Positions 8,730 through 18,455 of a stretch of 64,000 nt of DNA are shown here, piece after piece. Within the stretch, counting starts at the first letter, position 1; every line of letters starts with the position of its first letter. Source of the DNA: a virus (Duplodnaviria > Caudoviricetes). The stretch is taken from IMG/VR virus record IMGVR_UViG_3300037851_000542, positions 160,001 through 224,000 of that record; one strand, given 5' to 3'. The notes beneath the pieces are model-generated. The model saw only the letters and a program-made list of their open reading frames with translations, was not told the origin of the DNA and searched no databases. The translations under genes and the position numbers were made by a program.

Positions 8730-11700
8730 TTAGTATCCGTTAAAGTTTAATGCAGCTTGTGTAACCCTAGCCTGTACAGAATTAACCTGAGTTTCTACTT
8801 GATCTGCTTTTTGCTGTGCCAGTCCTGCTAATGATAAAGCTATTTTAGAATCGTTACTTGTACTTTCAATAGAAGATTTAACTAAATTTAGCTCTTGACT
8901 AACTGAATTAGTTTTTGAGTCTATTGCATTGATTCCACTGGTTATTTTAGCATCTAATTCAGATCTAATCAATTCTATTTTATCTTTGGTGTTATTTTCA
9001 ACGCCGTTTATTACATCACTTAATTCACCTAGCTTCTGCTCAGAACTAACTCTAATTACATTGGCTTGCTCTACTACTGCATCTATTGCTGGGGCAAGTA
9101 ATGCTTGTATTCTAGCTTCTATATCATTTAATTGTCCACCTGTTGTAGAGTTTGTTTTATTACTATTTAAAGCTTCTATTAGACTTGAGAAGCTAGACTT
9201 TAAATCGGATACTGACTCTTTAAAACTGTCTGAAAAAGAAGATGAAGCTCTTTCAACCCCATCTTTTACGGCAGTAGATATATCAGACACATTAGTTACT
9301 TCTAAACCCGTTTGAGTTTGTTTTGTTTGTGTTTGAATATTCTCATTAATATTTTTTAATTCTTTTCCTGTTCTATCCGAGCCACTTAAAGTACTGTCTG
9401 TAGACATAATTTTAGATAAATCTTTAACATTATTCATACTTCGTTCGTTACTGTACATAGCGTTTAAAGATATTTTATCTTCTTTGTTGACTTCATCCAA
9501 CCCACTTACATACTCTTGTCCTCCAAAAAGACTATTAAATAACCCAGAGTCTCTAGCTGAAGGCATTCCTAAGCTTTCTAATAACAAAGATGTGGGTGTA
9601 TTAGAAGTCAATTGACTCTTTAAAGCGTCTGTGGAAGTCTGATTACTTGCAATCTGCAAAGCAAACCTATCTGCTTCTGATTTTGGTGAAGGTACATTTG
9701 TACCAAGCATTGAATTTGAAAGACTTCTAAAAGTGTCATTATTAAATAATGGGGCTACCACATTAGTAATACCTGCAGAAGCGGAATTGAACGCATCGAC
9801 TGGGGCATCTACTAATCCAAGTGTGTTTAAAGCCTTTCCTGCAAACCCCAAACCTCTACTTAACATACCAATAGGTTTTGGTGAACTCTGTACTAAATTT
9901 TCTACTGATGTTAACCCTCCTGGTAATCTACTAGTAACATTAACAGGGGCTGTTAGAGCTTCAACTGTTGTAGGTACCGCTGAAGGATTTAATAAATGTT
10001 CTAAAGGTCGTCTATACTTAGCGTACTCGTTTGCTGATGATAGACTACTAGAAGAGGGTGAAGCATAACTTAATGGGTTTGTTATAACAGGCTCCACTGA
10101 ACTTAAAGTTTTTAAATAATCCGGAATATTTGCTTGAAAAGTAGGAAAAGGTATTTTACCTTGAGTCTTGGCTATGGCACTAGCCATGCCTCCTTCATTA
10201 CGTATTTTGTTAGCTACAGTAACATTAGGACTATTTAAATATTTTGAGTATTCATCTTGAAGTTTATAACCTTGAAACCCTATAGCACCTGCACCTAATC
10301 CAAAACCCGCTCCTGCTAATAAATCACTATTATTTATTTCATTTGGTAAAATTGCTTCTGCTATAGTTTTTGACAAGTTAGAAGTAGCTACAGAAGAAAG
10401 TCCACTAATTACATCTGTTTTAGAATTTTTTGAATCAGTATTATACTGCTTAGCATCTTCAAAGTTTGTAATTACTGGAGATCTTGACTCAGTTAACCCT
10501 TTATTATATTGTTTAGCATCTTCTAAATTTCTAATAATATTATCCTTAGGGGGTCTTAGATAATTGAGTTCCCCTTCTTGTTTATTTTTAAGATAATCCG
10601 GTAAGTTAATAGATTCGGAAATAAACTTAGAAGTCTCTGTTTCTGCTGCTACTTTATTTTTATTTATAACGTCAGCTGCGGATTTTACAAAATCAGACTT
10701 TACTAAAGGTTTAACAATATTATCATTCATATAACTTGATACTGATGAACCTATACTATTACTGATCTCCTTTATTTTATTATTAGATTGATCTGAATTT
10801 TTATTTACTCCTAGTTTGCCAAAAATTCCCTGTGCAAATCCGATTAAAGTATTAAAGTACCCCAGCATAGTTGTTGTATTTTGCTCTATCTTAGTTGCAG
10901 GAGTTACTAATGGTTCAAGGTTTTCTGCTTTTCTCTCTAATAATAAATCTTTTGCTTCTTGTGATCCAGAATTAGATAATGTTTTTAGAACTTCGTCTGG
11001 AGCACCTTTTAATATACCTTTCAAATCATCTTTATTAAAAACGGAGGATAATAAATTAGGTAATCTAGTTAATAATGAAGTAGAAGATTGTAGTAAATCA
11101 CCTCTAGGTCCTAAGAACATACTAGCTGGTTTTTTAGCTTCCTGTTCTATAGATGTTTGTATTGCTTTTAAACCTGAAACTGCTTTACTGTTTAATCCTC
11201 CTTGATTTAAAAGCTGATCTATTGCTCCATACTGTGAAGTTAAACTAGAAGTAAATTCATTTACCCTAGCGTTTCTAGTTTCTTCTTTTAAGCTCTTTCT
11301 TTCTCTAGTAGCTTGTATATCTAGTCCTTGGTTTCTAGTTCTAGCCTCATCTTGGGATATAGCTTCTAATCTCTTTCCGGACTCATCAAAGATTTTAATA
11401 ACCCCAGATTGTACGTCTGAAGAAGACAAAACTCTATTTAATTCTTTTTGTAAGTCTAAATTAGTTACTCCATTTAATCCTCTTTGCTGTCTTCTGCCTG
11501 TGGCATCCTCAGAAAATATAATAGGCGAATTTTGCCCTGCTATGGCATTTAAACCACTACCAACTCCTTCTTTTAGATTATTAAAAAATCCTGCTGTTTT
11601 TTGCTGTAATTTAAAGTTATCCGCTGCTTGTTGAGCACTTATTGTTAATTGCTGTAAAGCAATAGCACTTTTAGCAGCCTCTTCTAATGGCTTTAATTCT

Positions 11701-14700
11701 TTATTAATACTATCAACCTGTTCTTGAAACATAGAAGAGTCAGGTATTAAATTTAAAAGCTTATTTACTATTTTATCTTGGTCTTCTTTGGAGTTTCCTC
11801 CTTGAAGGATGTTTTTCTGCAAATCGCTCATTACAGCCTCTAACTCTCCGGTTCCGAGTCCGGGTTGATTTGAAGAGATCAGATTTGATAATGCGTCTAC
11901 ATTTATAGTTTTTAAAATATTAGTATCTGTACTTTTTAAAACATTATTTAAAGATAGTTTTATTGTATCTAACTCTAGTGCTGCGCTTTTTAGTTGAGAT
12001 TTAAAAGTTTGCAACTCTTCTACTTTTCCAAAAATTTTAGAAAATCTGTCTGTAGCTTGTTCTGGCGCAGATAGTTCTTTAAAACTTTTACCCAAAGTAA
12101 CTGCTAAGCTTCTTCCTCCAAATGCTCTAGATGAGTCTATAGCAGATGGCGAAAACATCTCGTCTAATTTATTTTTTATATCTATACTTTCCAAGTTAGA
12201 CGATAAAGAATCAATTGCTTTGTTAGCTCTACCTAGCGAATTTATAACTGAAGAAACTACTGATATTTGTTGTTGTTTTAATCTATCGTCTGAGGTTAAA
12301 CCTTCAGATTTAGTAGCTTGACGTTCGGCTAAGCTATTTACAAACTGCTGCAGCCTTTCATTAAAATTAACAATTCCATTTTCTCCCGTTTTGAAGGCTG
12401 CTGCTGAAGAATCACTGTAATCTTTTAATGACTTTGCTCCTTCAGATAACCCTTTTGGAACCTCGACTGCTTTTCCAGCTCCAAAACCGCCGAGTACAGT
12501 TTGTACACCCTCATCTACTTCATTTGCAAATACTTCGGATCCTGCAATTAATATATCTCCTGCTTTTTTTAATTTTTCTACTATAGCGTCGATGCCTGAT
12601 GTAAAAGTGACTCCTTTAAATACATCCGCAGGATTAGTACTGGCACTTTTAAGCACAAGTTTTCCGGATTCTGATACATCTACTGTAAACTGCTCTAAAA
12701 CTTCTCCAGTTTTACTTAATGTTTGAATTATAGAAGAACCCTTTCCTGTTTCTGATAAAATTTTATTCTTAAGGTCTTCCGTGTTGCCTGGTGATACTTT
12801 ATCTCCTGTTATTATGCCTGTAGTTTCATTAATTTGTCCTGTTTTAATTAAAGAAGACTTTCTAACTTCAAGTTGCGCTAATTGCATTTGACTTTGAAAA
12901 GCATTAAACAAGTCAGACTTACCACTATCGCTGTTTAAATTACCTTGGAATCCATTCCGTATACCTTGCCTTTTACTTATTTCTCTAATTGTTTGGCTAT
13001 TAACATCTGGGTTAGATATTAATGATATTTGTTTGATAAGATCAGCCTGTCCCGTTGTCCCTAATTGTTTTACAAAAATATCAAAATCTTTTTTAGCAGC
13101 CTCCGGTCCAGAACTTTTTCTAAAATTTTCAAAAGTATTTCCTATATTTTCTGTTACTTTTTCAAATCTTTTTATAGGATCCCTTATGCCTTCTCTTGCT
13201 GCTCTATTTTCCTCTATATTAACATTACCTCCTAGTATTGAGGAAACTTCCTGTGCTCCACTAGGCTTATACCCAAGCATTCTACCAATAAAACTAACTT
13301 GTCCTTTTGAAACTTTAGTAGCTTCGGAGATGGAAGTACTGGTTTTAAATGCCTGCTTTTCCAAATCCATTAATGTTTTTATTAAATCCTTTAAACCTTC
13401 TGGGTTACTTTTAGAAAAATCCTCCAGAGACTGCCCCTTAAAAGAAACATTATTAAGGTTATCAATTTTTAGATCTTTAATGTTTTTTAAGCTAGATTCT
13501 GGTATTTGTACAATTGCTGATCTTATACTTTCTATATTTCTTTTTTGTAAGGAATCTAATGCAGATAAGGCAGATTTTGATGGCGAAGCTTCCCTATCTA
13601 GCGCTGTTTTTCTAGACTGTAGATTATTAAACTCTCCGCCTAATTCGGTAAACTTAGCCAGACTAGCTGAACTTCTGGACTTTTCTCCTGTAACTCCTGT
13701 TCTTGTTAGGCGGTCTTGAGCTGTTTCTAGTGCCCTATTAAATCCGTAAAAAATAGTAGCTCCTGCGGCTAATGCGGCAAGTACTGGTACAAAGCCTGCT
13801 GCAAAAGTAGCAAGATACCCTGTACCTATTCCAAAGTAAGCAGTAATACCTGCAACAGCAGTAGATAAACCAGTAAAAACTGAAAATGCTTTTCCGGCAT
13901 TTACAATGCTGCTAACTAATCCTCCTAAACTACTTGCAATAAGTTTGACTGCCGTTCCAAGCAAAGCCCCCTCGACTACTAATGCCGTTGCAGAACCTAA
14001 GTTTATGCCCTGTGATCCTTTCTCTGTAACACCTGCACCTGTAATAGAATCGGCTATACTAGTTAAACCTCCAAGACCTGGTATTTTTACATTAGATAGG
14101 GAAGTTAGAGCTTGAACTAGCGAAGTTGTAACTTTTAAAGCATCTGTAATTGGAGTAGTGATACCATCAGATACGCTTAACGCTAATCCTTGAAATGCGG
14201 CGCTAGTACTTCCAACTTGCTTATATAAGCTGGACATTTGAATTGCATTTTTTTCTGTAGCATATCCTGAAGAATTCTGAGACTGAGCTACTACCTTGTT
14301 AACTTTAGAAAAATTATTCATTAAAGCTAAAAATTGGTTGGTAAATCTAGTTTCTGCTATTGTTTGAGCTATGTCTCTTCTTTTAGCATCAGTTAGTGTA
14401 GGATAAATATCAGCTATTTGCTGTAGTATATCAAAAGAGTTTTTAAAGTTACCTGATTCGTCTTTAGTGTTTATACCTACTTCTTTTAAAACCCCTTCTG
14501 TTTTAGGAGTATTTAAGTTAAGAAATATTCTTCTTTCTGCTGTACCGATTTGAGCACCGCCTGCACGTGTAGCTTCTTGGATTACTGTTGTAATCGCATT
14601 TAACTGATCAAATGATATACCTGCATTATTTGCTGCAACTGCTACTTTTTTTCCAGCATCTGCTAAATCTTTTGCTACTACAGCGTTTGCATCTTCTACT

Positions 14701-16358
14701 GCGGCAAACGAATCAATAAGCCTTATAGGTGCTTTTTCTAACTCAGGATAAGCCTTTAAAAAAGCAGTCATAGTTTCAGAAAGATCTTGTTGACCTAAGG
14801 TACTGACATTGGCACCTAAAGATACTGTCTTAGACCTTTGTTGTATTTCTGAAGCAGAAAGACCTTGTTGTGCAAAAATATTATAACCTTTAAGAACTTC
14901 TTGAACACTTTGTCCATACTCTACTGCTGTACTTATAGCTGATGTTTTTAACTGATCCAAAGTGGATTTATTTGTAGCTAAAACTCTATTAAGTTCTGTC
15001 ATCTGGGCATTAACTTCTGCTATTGTTTTAGCCCCTTGAGCAAAACTTCCAAAAACTGCTCCTAGTGCAGTACCAGCAACCGTAAACTTTAACATAGTTT
15101 TAGCAGTAGTTGCCAGTTCGCTAGAAAATTGTTTTAATGGTCCATTGTCTATAGATGGAGGTTTTGGAGGACCATCACCACCAGATCCTCCTGAACCTCC
15201 TCCAAAAAAAGAGCCAAGTCTTTCTTTAGACCCTGCATACCCTTCTTTAATTTGAGAGGTCATTCTTGAATCAAAATCTCTAAACCGCTGAAGCATACTT
15301 CTATTAGTTGAAACTTGATTAACAGGTTCATTAATTTCTGGCTTATCGGCTTGTGCTCCTAATTTAACTACACCTCTGAACCTTTCTTCTGGAACCATTC
15401 TAGTAGAAGTATTAATAGATGATTTTATTGCTTTTACATCTTCAGCTACAGTTCCAAATTTAACTAAACCCCTAGACCTGTCTTCCGGTGAGGCTCCAAA
15501 TGAAGATTTAAAGGTGCTATCCCCTGATGCAGAGTATAAGGATATTGGAGGTGCCTTTGTAACAGTCTTTATAGTCTGATTTATAGATGAGTCTTCCTTA
15601 AATATACCCCTACTTCTTGGTAGGGACATTAGTTCGCTTTGGCGTGCCTTTAAGCGATTCTCAAAACCTGACTGTTGTAACTTTAAATACTCATCCTGTT
15701 GTGCTAAAATTTTAGAACTTAGAGAGTTTATGCTTTTAGATTTATCTGTGCTAACGTTAGTTTGTGCTATATTTTGTAGATTTTGTTTTGCTTTACCTAA
15801 GGCTTCCTTGTCAGCCTGATCTACTTTCTCCTGATATGTTAATTGTTTTTTTGCAAAAGCGTTTGCGGTTTTTCTATTCTGCTCCTGTTGCTGTTGTTGT
15901 ATAGCCACTAACCTATTTTTAGAGTTTAAATCTTGGTCAATCTTTGTATTTTGGTTACTAAAAATACTAGGTGTTGGTTTGGGAGAGGTAAATATAGAAG
16001 AAGCTTGTACATTTTTTCTTGCTTCACTAAGTAATTGTTCAGGTCTTAGAGTTTTATTATTAGAAGTAACACCCGAAGCAGAAACTGACTTTTTTGCTAG
16101 CTGTTCAGAAGATTGCTTTATCTTACGTGTTGCGTCTTCAACCACTTTTTCAAAATTATTTATACTTGCACCTGCGCCGTTTATATCTTTATTTAGATTA
16201 GTGACACTCTGGATTATACTACCACCTTCAGTTTTAGTTGGGGTAGTACCTTTTCCTGTTGGTTTCTCCTGTGAACCATCAGGATTATTAACCAAATCCT
16301 TATTTCCTTTATCTTGTGCTTTAAAATTTACTAATACTTCTAAATCTATTGATACCAT
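8730..16358 (-). CDS. Tail tape measure protein
   Basis: 2,542 aa. Clear TP901-type/PhageMin_Tail core (MTELNRV...AVEYGQSVQEV...GISFDQLNAITT...IGTA...GINTKDESGNFK...ILQQIA); helical; follows the chaperone genes. Confidence 0.95.
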   Translation of the reverse strand: MVSIDLEVLVNFKAQDKGNKDLVNNPDGSQEKPTGKGTTPTKTEGGSIIQSVTNLNKDINGAGASINNFEKVVEDATRKIKQSSEQLAKKSVSASGVTSNNKTLRPEQLLSEARKNVQASSIFTSPKPTPSIFSNQNTKIDQDLNSKNRLVAIQQQQQEQNRKTANAFAKKQLTYQEKVDQADKEALGKAKQNLQNIAQTNVSTDKSKSINSLSSKILAQQDEYLKLQQSGFENRLKARQSELMSLPRSRGIFKEDSSINQTIKTVTKAPPISLYSASGDSTFKSSFGASPEDRSRGLVKFGTVAEDVKAIKSSINTSTRMVPEERFRGVVKLGAQADKPEINEPVNQVSTNRSMLQRFRDFDSRMTSQIKEGYAGSKERLGSFFGGGSGGSGGDGPPKPPSIDNGPLKQFSSELATTAKTMLKFTVAGTALGAVFGSFAQGAKTIAEVNAQMTELNRVLATNKSTLDQLKTSAISTAVEYGQSVQEVLKGYNIFAQQGLSASEIQQRSKTVSLGANVSTLGQQDLSETMTAFLKAYPELEKAPIRLIDSFAAVEDANAVVAKDLADAGKKVAVAANNAGISFDQLNAITTVIQEATRAGGAQIGTAERRIFLNLNTPKTEGVLKEVGINTKDESGNFKNSFDILQQIADIYPTLTDAKRRDIAQTIAETRFTNQFLALMNNFSKVNKVVAQSQNSSGYATEKNAIQMSSLYKQVGSTSAAFQGLALSVSDGITTPITDALKVTTSLVQALTSLSNVKIPGLGGLTSIADSITGAGVTEKGSQGINLGSATALVVEGALLGTAVKLIASSLGGLVSSIVNAGKAFSVFTGLSTAVAGITAYFGIGTGYLATFAAGFVPVLAALAAGATIFYGFNRALETAQDRLTRTGVTGEKSRSSASLAKFTELGGEFNNLQSRKTALDREASPSKSALSALDSLQKRNIESIRSAIVQIPESSLKNIKDLKIDNLNNVSFKGQSLEDFSKSNPEGLKDLIKTLMDLEKQAFKTSTSISEATKVSKGQVSFIGRMLGYKPSGAQEVSSILGGNVNIEENRAAREGIRDPIKRFEKVTENIGNTFENFRKSSGPEAAKKDFDIFVKQLGTTGQADLIKQISLISNPDVNSQTIREISKRQGIRNGFQGNLNSDSGKSDLFNAFQSQMQLAQLEVRKSSLIKTGQINETTGIITGDKVSPGNTEDLKNKILSETGKGSSIIQTLSKTGEVLEQFTVDVSESGKLVLKSASTNPADVFKGVTFTSGIDAIVEKLKKAGDILIAGSEVFANEVDEGVQTVLGGFGAGKAVEVPKGLSEGAKSLKDYSDSSAAAFKTGENGIVNFNERLQQFVNSLAERQATKSEGLTSDDRLKQQQISVVSSVINSLGRANKAIDSLSSNLESIDIKNKLDEMFSPSAIDSSRAFGGRSLAVTLGKSFKELSAPEQATDRFSKIFGKVEELQTFKSQLKSAALELDTIKLSLNNVLKSTDTNILKTINVDALSNLISSNQPGLGTGELEAVMSDLQKNILQGGNSKEDQDKIVNKLLNLIPDSSMFQEQVDSINKELKPLEEAAKSAIALQQLTISAQQAADNFKLQQKTAGFFNNLKEGVGSGLNAIAGQNSPIIFSEDATGRRQQRGLNGVTNLDLQKELNRVLSSSDVQSGVIKIFDESGKRLEAISQDEARTRNQGLDIQATRERKSLKEETRNARVNEFTSSLTSQYGAIDQLLNQGGLNSKAVSGLKAIQTSIEQEAKKPASMFLGPRGDLLQSSTSLLTRLPNLLSSVFNKDDLKGILKGAPDEVLKTLSNSGSQEAKDLLLERKAENLEPLVTPATKIEQNTTTMLGYFNTLIGFAQGIFGKLGVNKNSDQSNNKIKEISNSIGSSVSSYMNDNIVKPLVKSDFVKSAADVINKNKVAAETETSKFISESINLPDYLKNKQEGELNYLRPPKDNIIRNLEDAKQYNKGLTESRSPVITNFEDAKQYNTDSKNSKTDVISGLSSVATSNLSKTIAEAILPNEINNSDLLAGAGFGLGAGAIGFQGYKLQDEYSKYLNSPNVTVANKIRNEGGMASAIAKTQGKIPFPTFQANIPDYLKTLSSVEPVITNPLSYASPSSSSLSSANEYAKYRRPLEHLLNPSAVPTTVEALTAPVNVTSRLPGGLTSVENLVQSSPKPIGMLSRGLGFAGKALNTLGLVDAPVDAFNSASAGITNVVAPLFNNDTFRSLSNSMLGTNVPSPKSEADRFALQIASNQTSTDALKSQLTSNTPTSLLLESLGMPSARDSGLFNSLFGGQEYVSGLDEVNKEDKISLNAMYSNERSMNNVKDLSKIMSTDSTLSGSDRTGKELKNINENIQTQTKQTQTGLEVTNVSDISTAVKDGVERASSSFSDSFKESVSDLKSSFSSLIEALNSNKTNSTTGGQLNDIEARIQALLAPAIDAVVEQANVIRVSSEQKLGELSDVINGVENNTKDKIELIRSELDAKITSGINAIDSKTNSVSQELNLVKSSIESTSNDSKIALSLAGLAQQKADQVETQVNSVQARVTQAALNFNGY

Positions 16359-17338
16359 TAGTTTTTACCAGCCCCTGTTTTTAAAAGAGATGGATCACTG
16401 TATTGTCCTGTTTTATGTAACTTTAAATATCTTTTATCTGAAGCTGTAACTATCTGATGATCTTGGCTATCACTAAGTCTACTACTTTTATTTTGCGATA
16501 TAGTAGAAGCTTCAGCTTTTAAGTTTTTAATATAATTTTGTAAAAATACATCTAACTGATCATCGTCAGCTATAACATCTTCTTCGGGTCTATCGTGTAA
16601 AGGCATTTCATAAATATTATCATAATAAAATGACCAAGATATTAAATGAATTTGGGGTATAGAAAAATCGGCTGCTGGTTTCTCAAATAGACTAGTGCCT
16701 AGCTTTTGAGCTGCTAAAAATAAAGCTCTCCACTCGTTAGATCTAGCTATAGATCTAAGAGTCTTAGAATCAAACCCTTGTATAAATTCAAAAAAGATAA
16801 TCATATACTGATACAGATCATTATATGATATGCTTAAAAGATCGTCTACTGAATCCCATTTTAATTTATTTTCAGCAGTAAAAACACACTTAGATAGGAG
16901 ATATATATTTTTTTCCTCTCTGGCACTGAACTCAGCACTAAATTGGTTAGCACTTTCTTTTTTTGAAGTTAACTCCCTAATCTTTTTATTTATTTCGTTT
17001 AGTTTCTTTTGATCTTCTCTATATAGATTAGTATTAGGTATTCTTTTACTTAAAATAGTTTCATATGTTTTTTTCTTATTAATATTTGATTTCAACTCTT
17101 CTTCATCGTTTAGCGAAAAAACTGTGCGAAGTATGTTAGAGGGTATTGCACCCTCAGAAAAAAACCCCTGTGATAATAGATTAGCTGTAACTTTATCCTC
17201 TAAATAATTAGCAAAAGCTTTGTGCTCCCCAGAAGGTTGCACTAAAATAATAGGCTCTTCATTTATATCTAAAACTTTTTTACCTAATAATATTTCCGTA
17301 ATAATTTTATTACGTTGCTCTAAAGATATTTCTTCCAT
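16358..17338 (-). CDS. Tail assembly chaperone (second)
   Basis: 326-aa helical protein between tube and TMP; stop overlaps the TMP start (TAATG). Confidence 0.6.
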   Translation of the reverse strand: MEEISLEQRNKIITEILLGKKVLDINEEPIILVQPSGEHKAFANYLEDKVTANLLSQGFFSEGAIPSNILRTVFSLNDEEELKSNINKKKTYETILSKRIPNTNLYREDQKKLNEINKKIRELTSKKESANQFSAEFSAREEKNIYLLSKCVFTAENKLKWDSVDDLLSISYNDLYQYMIIFFEFIQGFDSKTLRSIARSNEWRALFLAAQKLGTSLFEKPAADFSIPQIHLISWSFYYDNIYEMPLHDRPEEDVIADDDQLDVFLQNYIKNLKAEASTISQNKSSRLSDSQDHQIVTASDKRYLKLHKTGQYSDPSLLKTGAGKN

Positions 17339-17343
17339 AGCTT

Positions 17344-18108
17344 TTAGGTTTTAGTTTTAGCTCCCTTTACTTTTTTAGCTTTTTTGGTTTCAACTTTAAC
17401 CTCAGCAACTGCTTTATCATCAATCTTTGCTAGATTCTCAGCTTCTATTTGATTGCTAACTTCAACAGCCTTATTATCCTCAAGTTCTTTATTTTCTTGT
17501 TTTAGTTTACCTGCTTTTTCAAAGGCAATAACCTCTGGCAATTTAGTATTCCACTCAGGATCTAAGTTATATTCATAACATATGACCTGATATTTGCAAG
17601 TTTCTACTAGATCATAGTCTTCTTCTTCTAGAAGTTCGTCTAAAGTAGCCCACACTGGTAAGTTGTTTTCCTTATAAATCATACCTTGTGTTAAATTTAA
17701 AATCCTTTCATCATCAGCAATTTGCTCAGCAGTATTAGATAATAAATTATTTACTATTTGATCTCTGGCTAAAAGTTCAGATCTGGATAAAGACAGCATT
17801 GCTGCCATTGTTTCTAGCTCTTCGGGTGTAAAAGCATCGTCGCTTGCCAGCTTTTCTTGTAATTCTGCGATAGTAGATAAAAGGCTTGATCGGTTACTTT
17901 CATATTCTATTATGAAAGATTCATTGCGGTCTTTTAGTTCTTTTTCTAGCTCGGCTCTTAGTAGTATTCCTTCCTTATAGGCGGATGTCCAAGCAAGTGT
18001 GTAGGCTTTTTTAACTTGCCTTGTAATTTTAGCTGAAGGTTTGACTAAGTTATATTTAGTCCCATTGTATTCAAAGCTTCTAATCGTGTTCATTTCGGTA
18101 ATCTCCAT
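17344..18108 (-). CDS. Tail assembly chaperone (first)
   Basis: 254-aa acidic helical protein in the canonical chaperone position. Confidence 0.6.
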   Translation of the reverse strand: MEITEMNTIRSFEYNGTKYNLVKPSAKITRQVKKAYTLAWTSAYKEGILLRAELEKELKDRNESFIIEYESNRSSLLSTIAELQEKLASDDAFTPEELETMAAMLSLSRSELLARDQIVNNLLSNTAEQIADDERILNLTQGMIYKENNLPVWATLDELLEEEDYDLVETCKYQVICYEYNLDPEWNTKLPEVIAFEKAGKLKQENKELEDNKAVEVSNQIEAENLAKIDDKAVAEVKVETKKAKKVKGAKTKT

Positions 18109-18358
18109 TCCTTTTATCCTTATATTGTATTTTAATTATATCCTCAGAGTAACTGGGGCTATAATCAACTATATAATTTTCCTCTATATCCTTTATGAGT
18201 CTTCTGGACATATCGCTAGTAATAGATAAAATCTGTTTTCTAAACAATTGCCATTTCTCATCAGAAACTACTAGTTCGGATGTATTTAATAGTTCCTTTT
18301 GAAGTCTCTTTACTTGATACTCCAAAGATTTTTGCAGTTTTTCTTTTCCTTTTTCCAT
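18080..18358 (-). CDS. Hypothetical protein
   Basis: 92-aa ORF, helical. Confidence 0.6.
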   Translation of the reverse strand: MEKGKEKLQKSLEYQVKRLQKELLNTSELVVSDEKWQLFRKQILSITSDMSRRLIKDIEENYIVDYSPSYSEDIIKIQYKDKRNGDYRNEHD

Positions 18359-18372
18359 GAGCCCCGATTTTA

Positions 18373-18403
18373 AAATTACAGGGACTTGCGGTCCCTGTAA
18401 TTT
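18373..18403 (-). terminator. Rho-independent terminator downstream of the tail tube gene
   Basis: aaattacagggac-ttgcg-gtccctgtaattt: perfect 13-bp stem, 52 nt past the stop codon. Confidence 0.8.
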
Positions 18404-18455
18404 AGTAGTTTAACTCATTTGTTAAGTAAAAACAAGTGCTTATTTGCCCAAGTTA

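Noticed and set aside
17339-17380. Programmed -1 frameshift joining the two tail chaperone genes (lambda G/GT style)
   Set aside because: The downstream ORF is in the -1 frame, but a TAA in that frame lies 15 nt before its ATG. The A-runs upstream lead to stops, and no correctly phased slippery heptamer exists in the remaining window.
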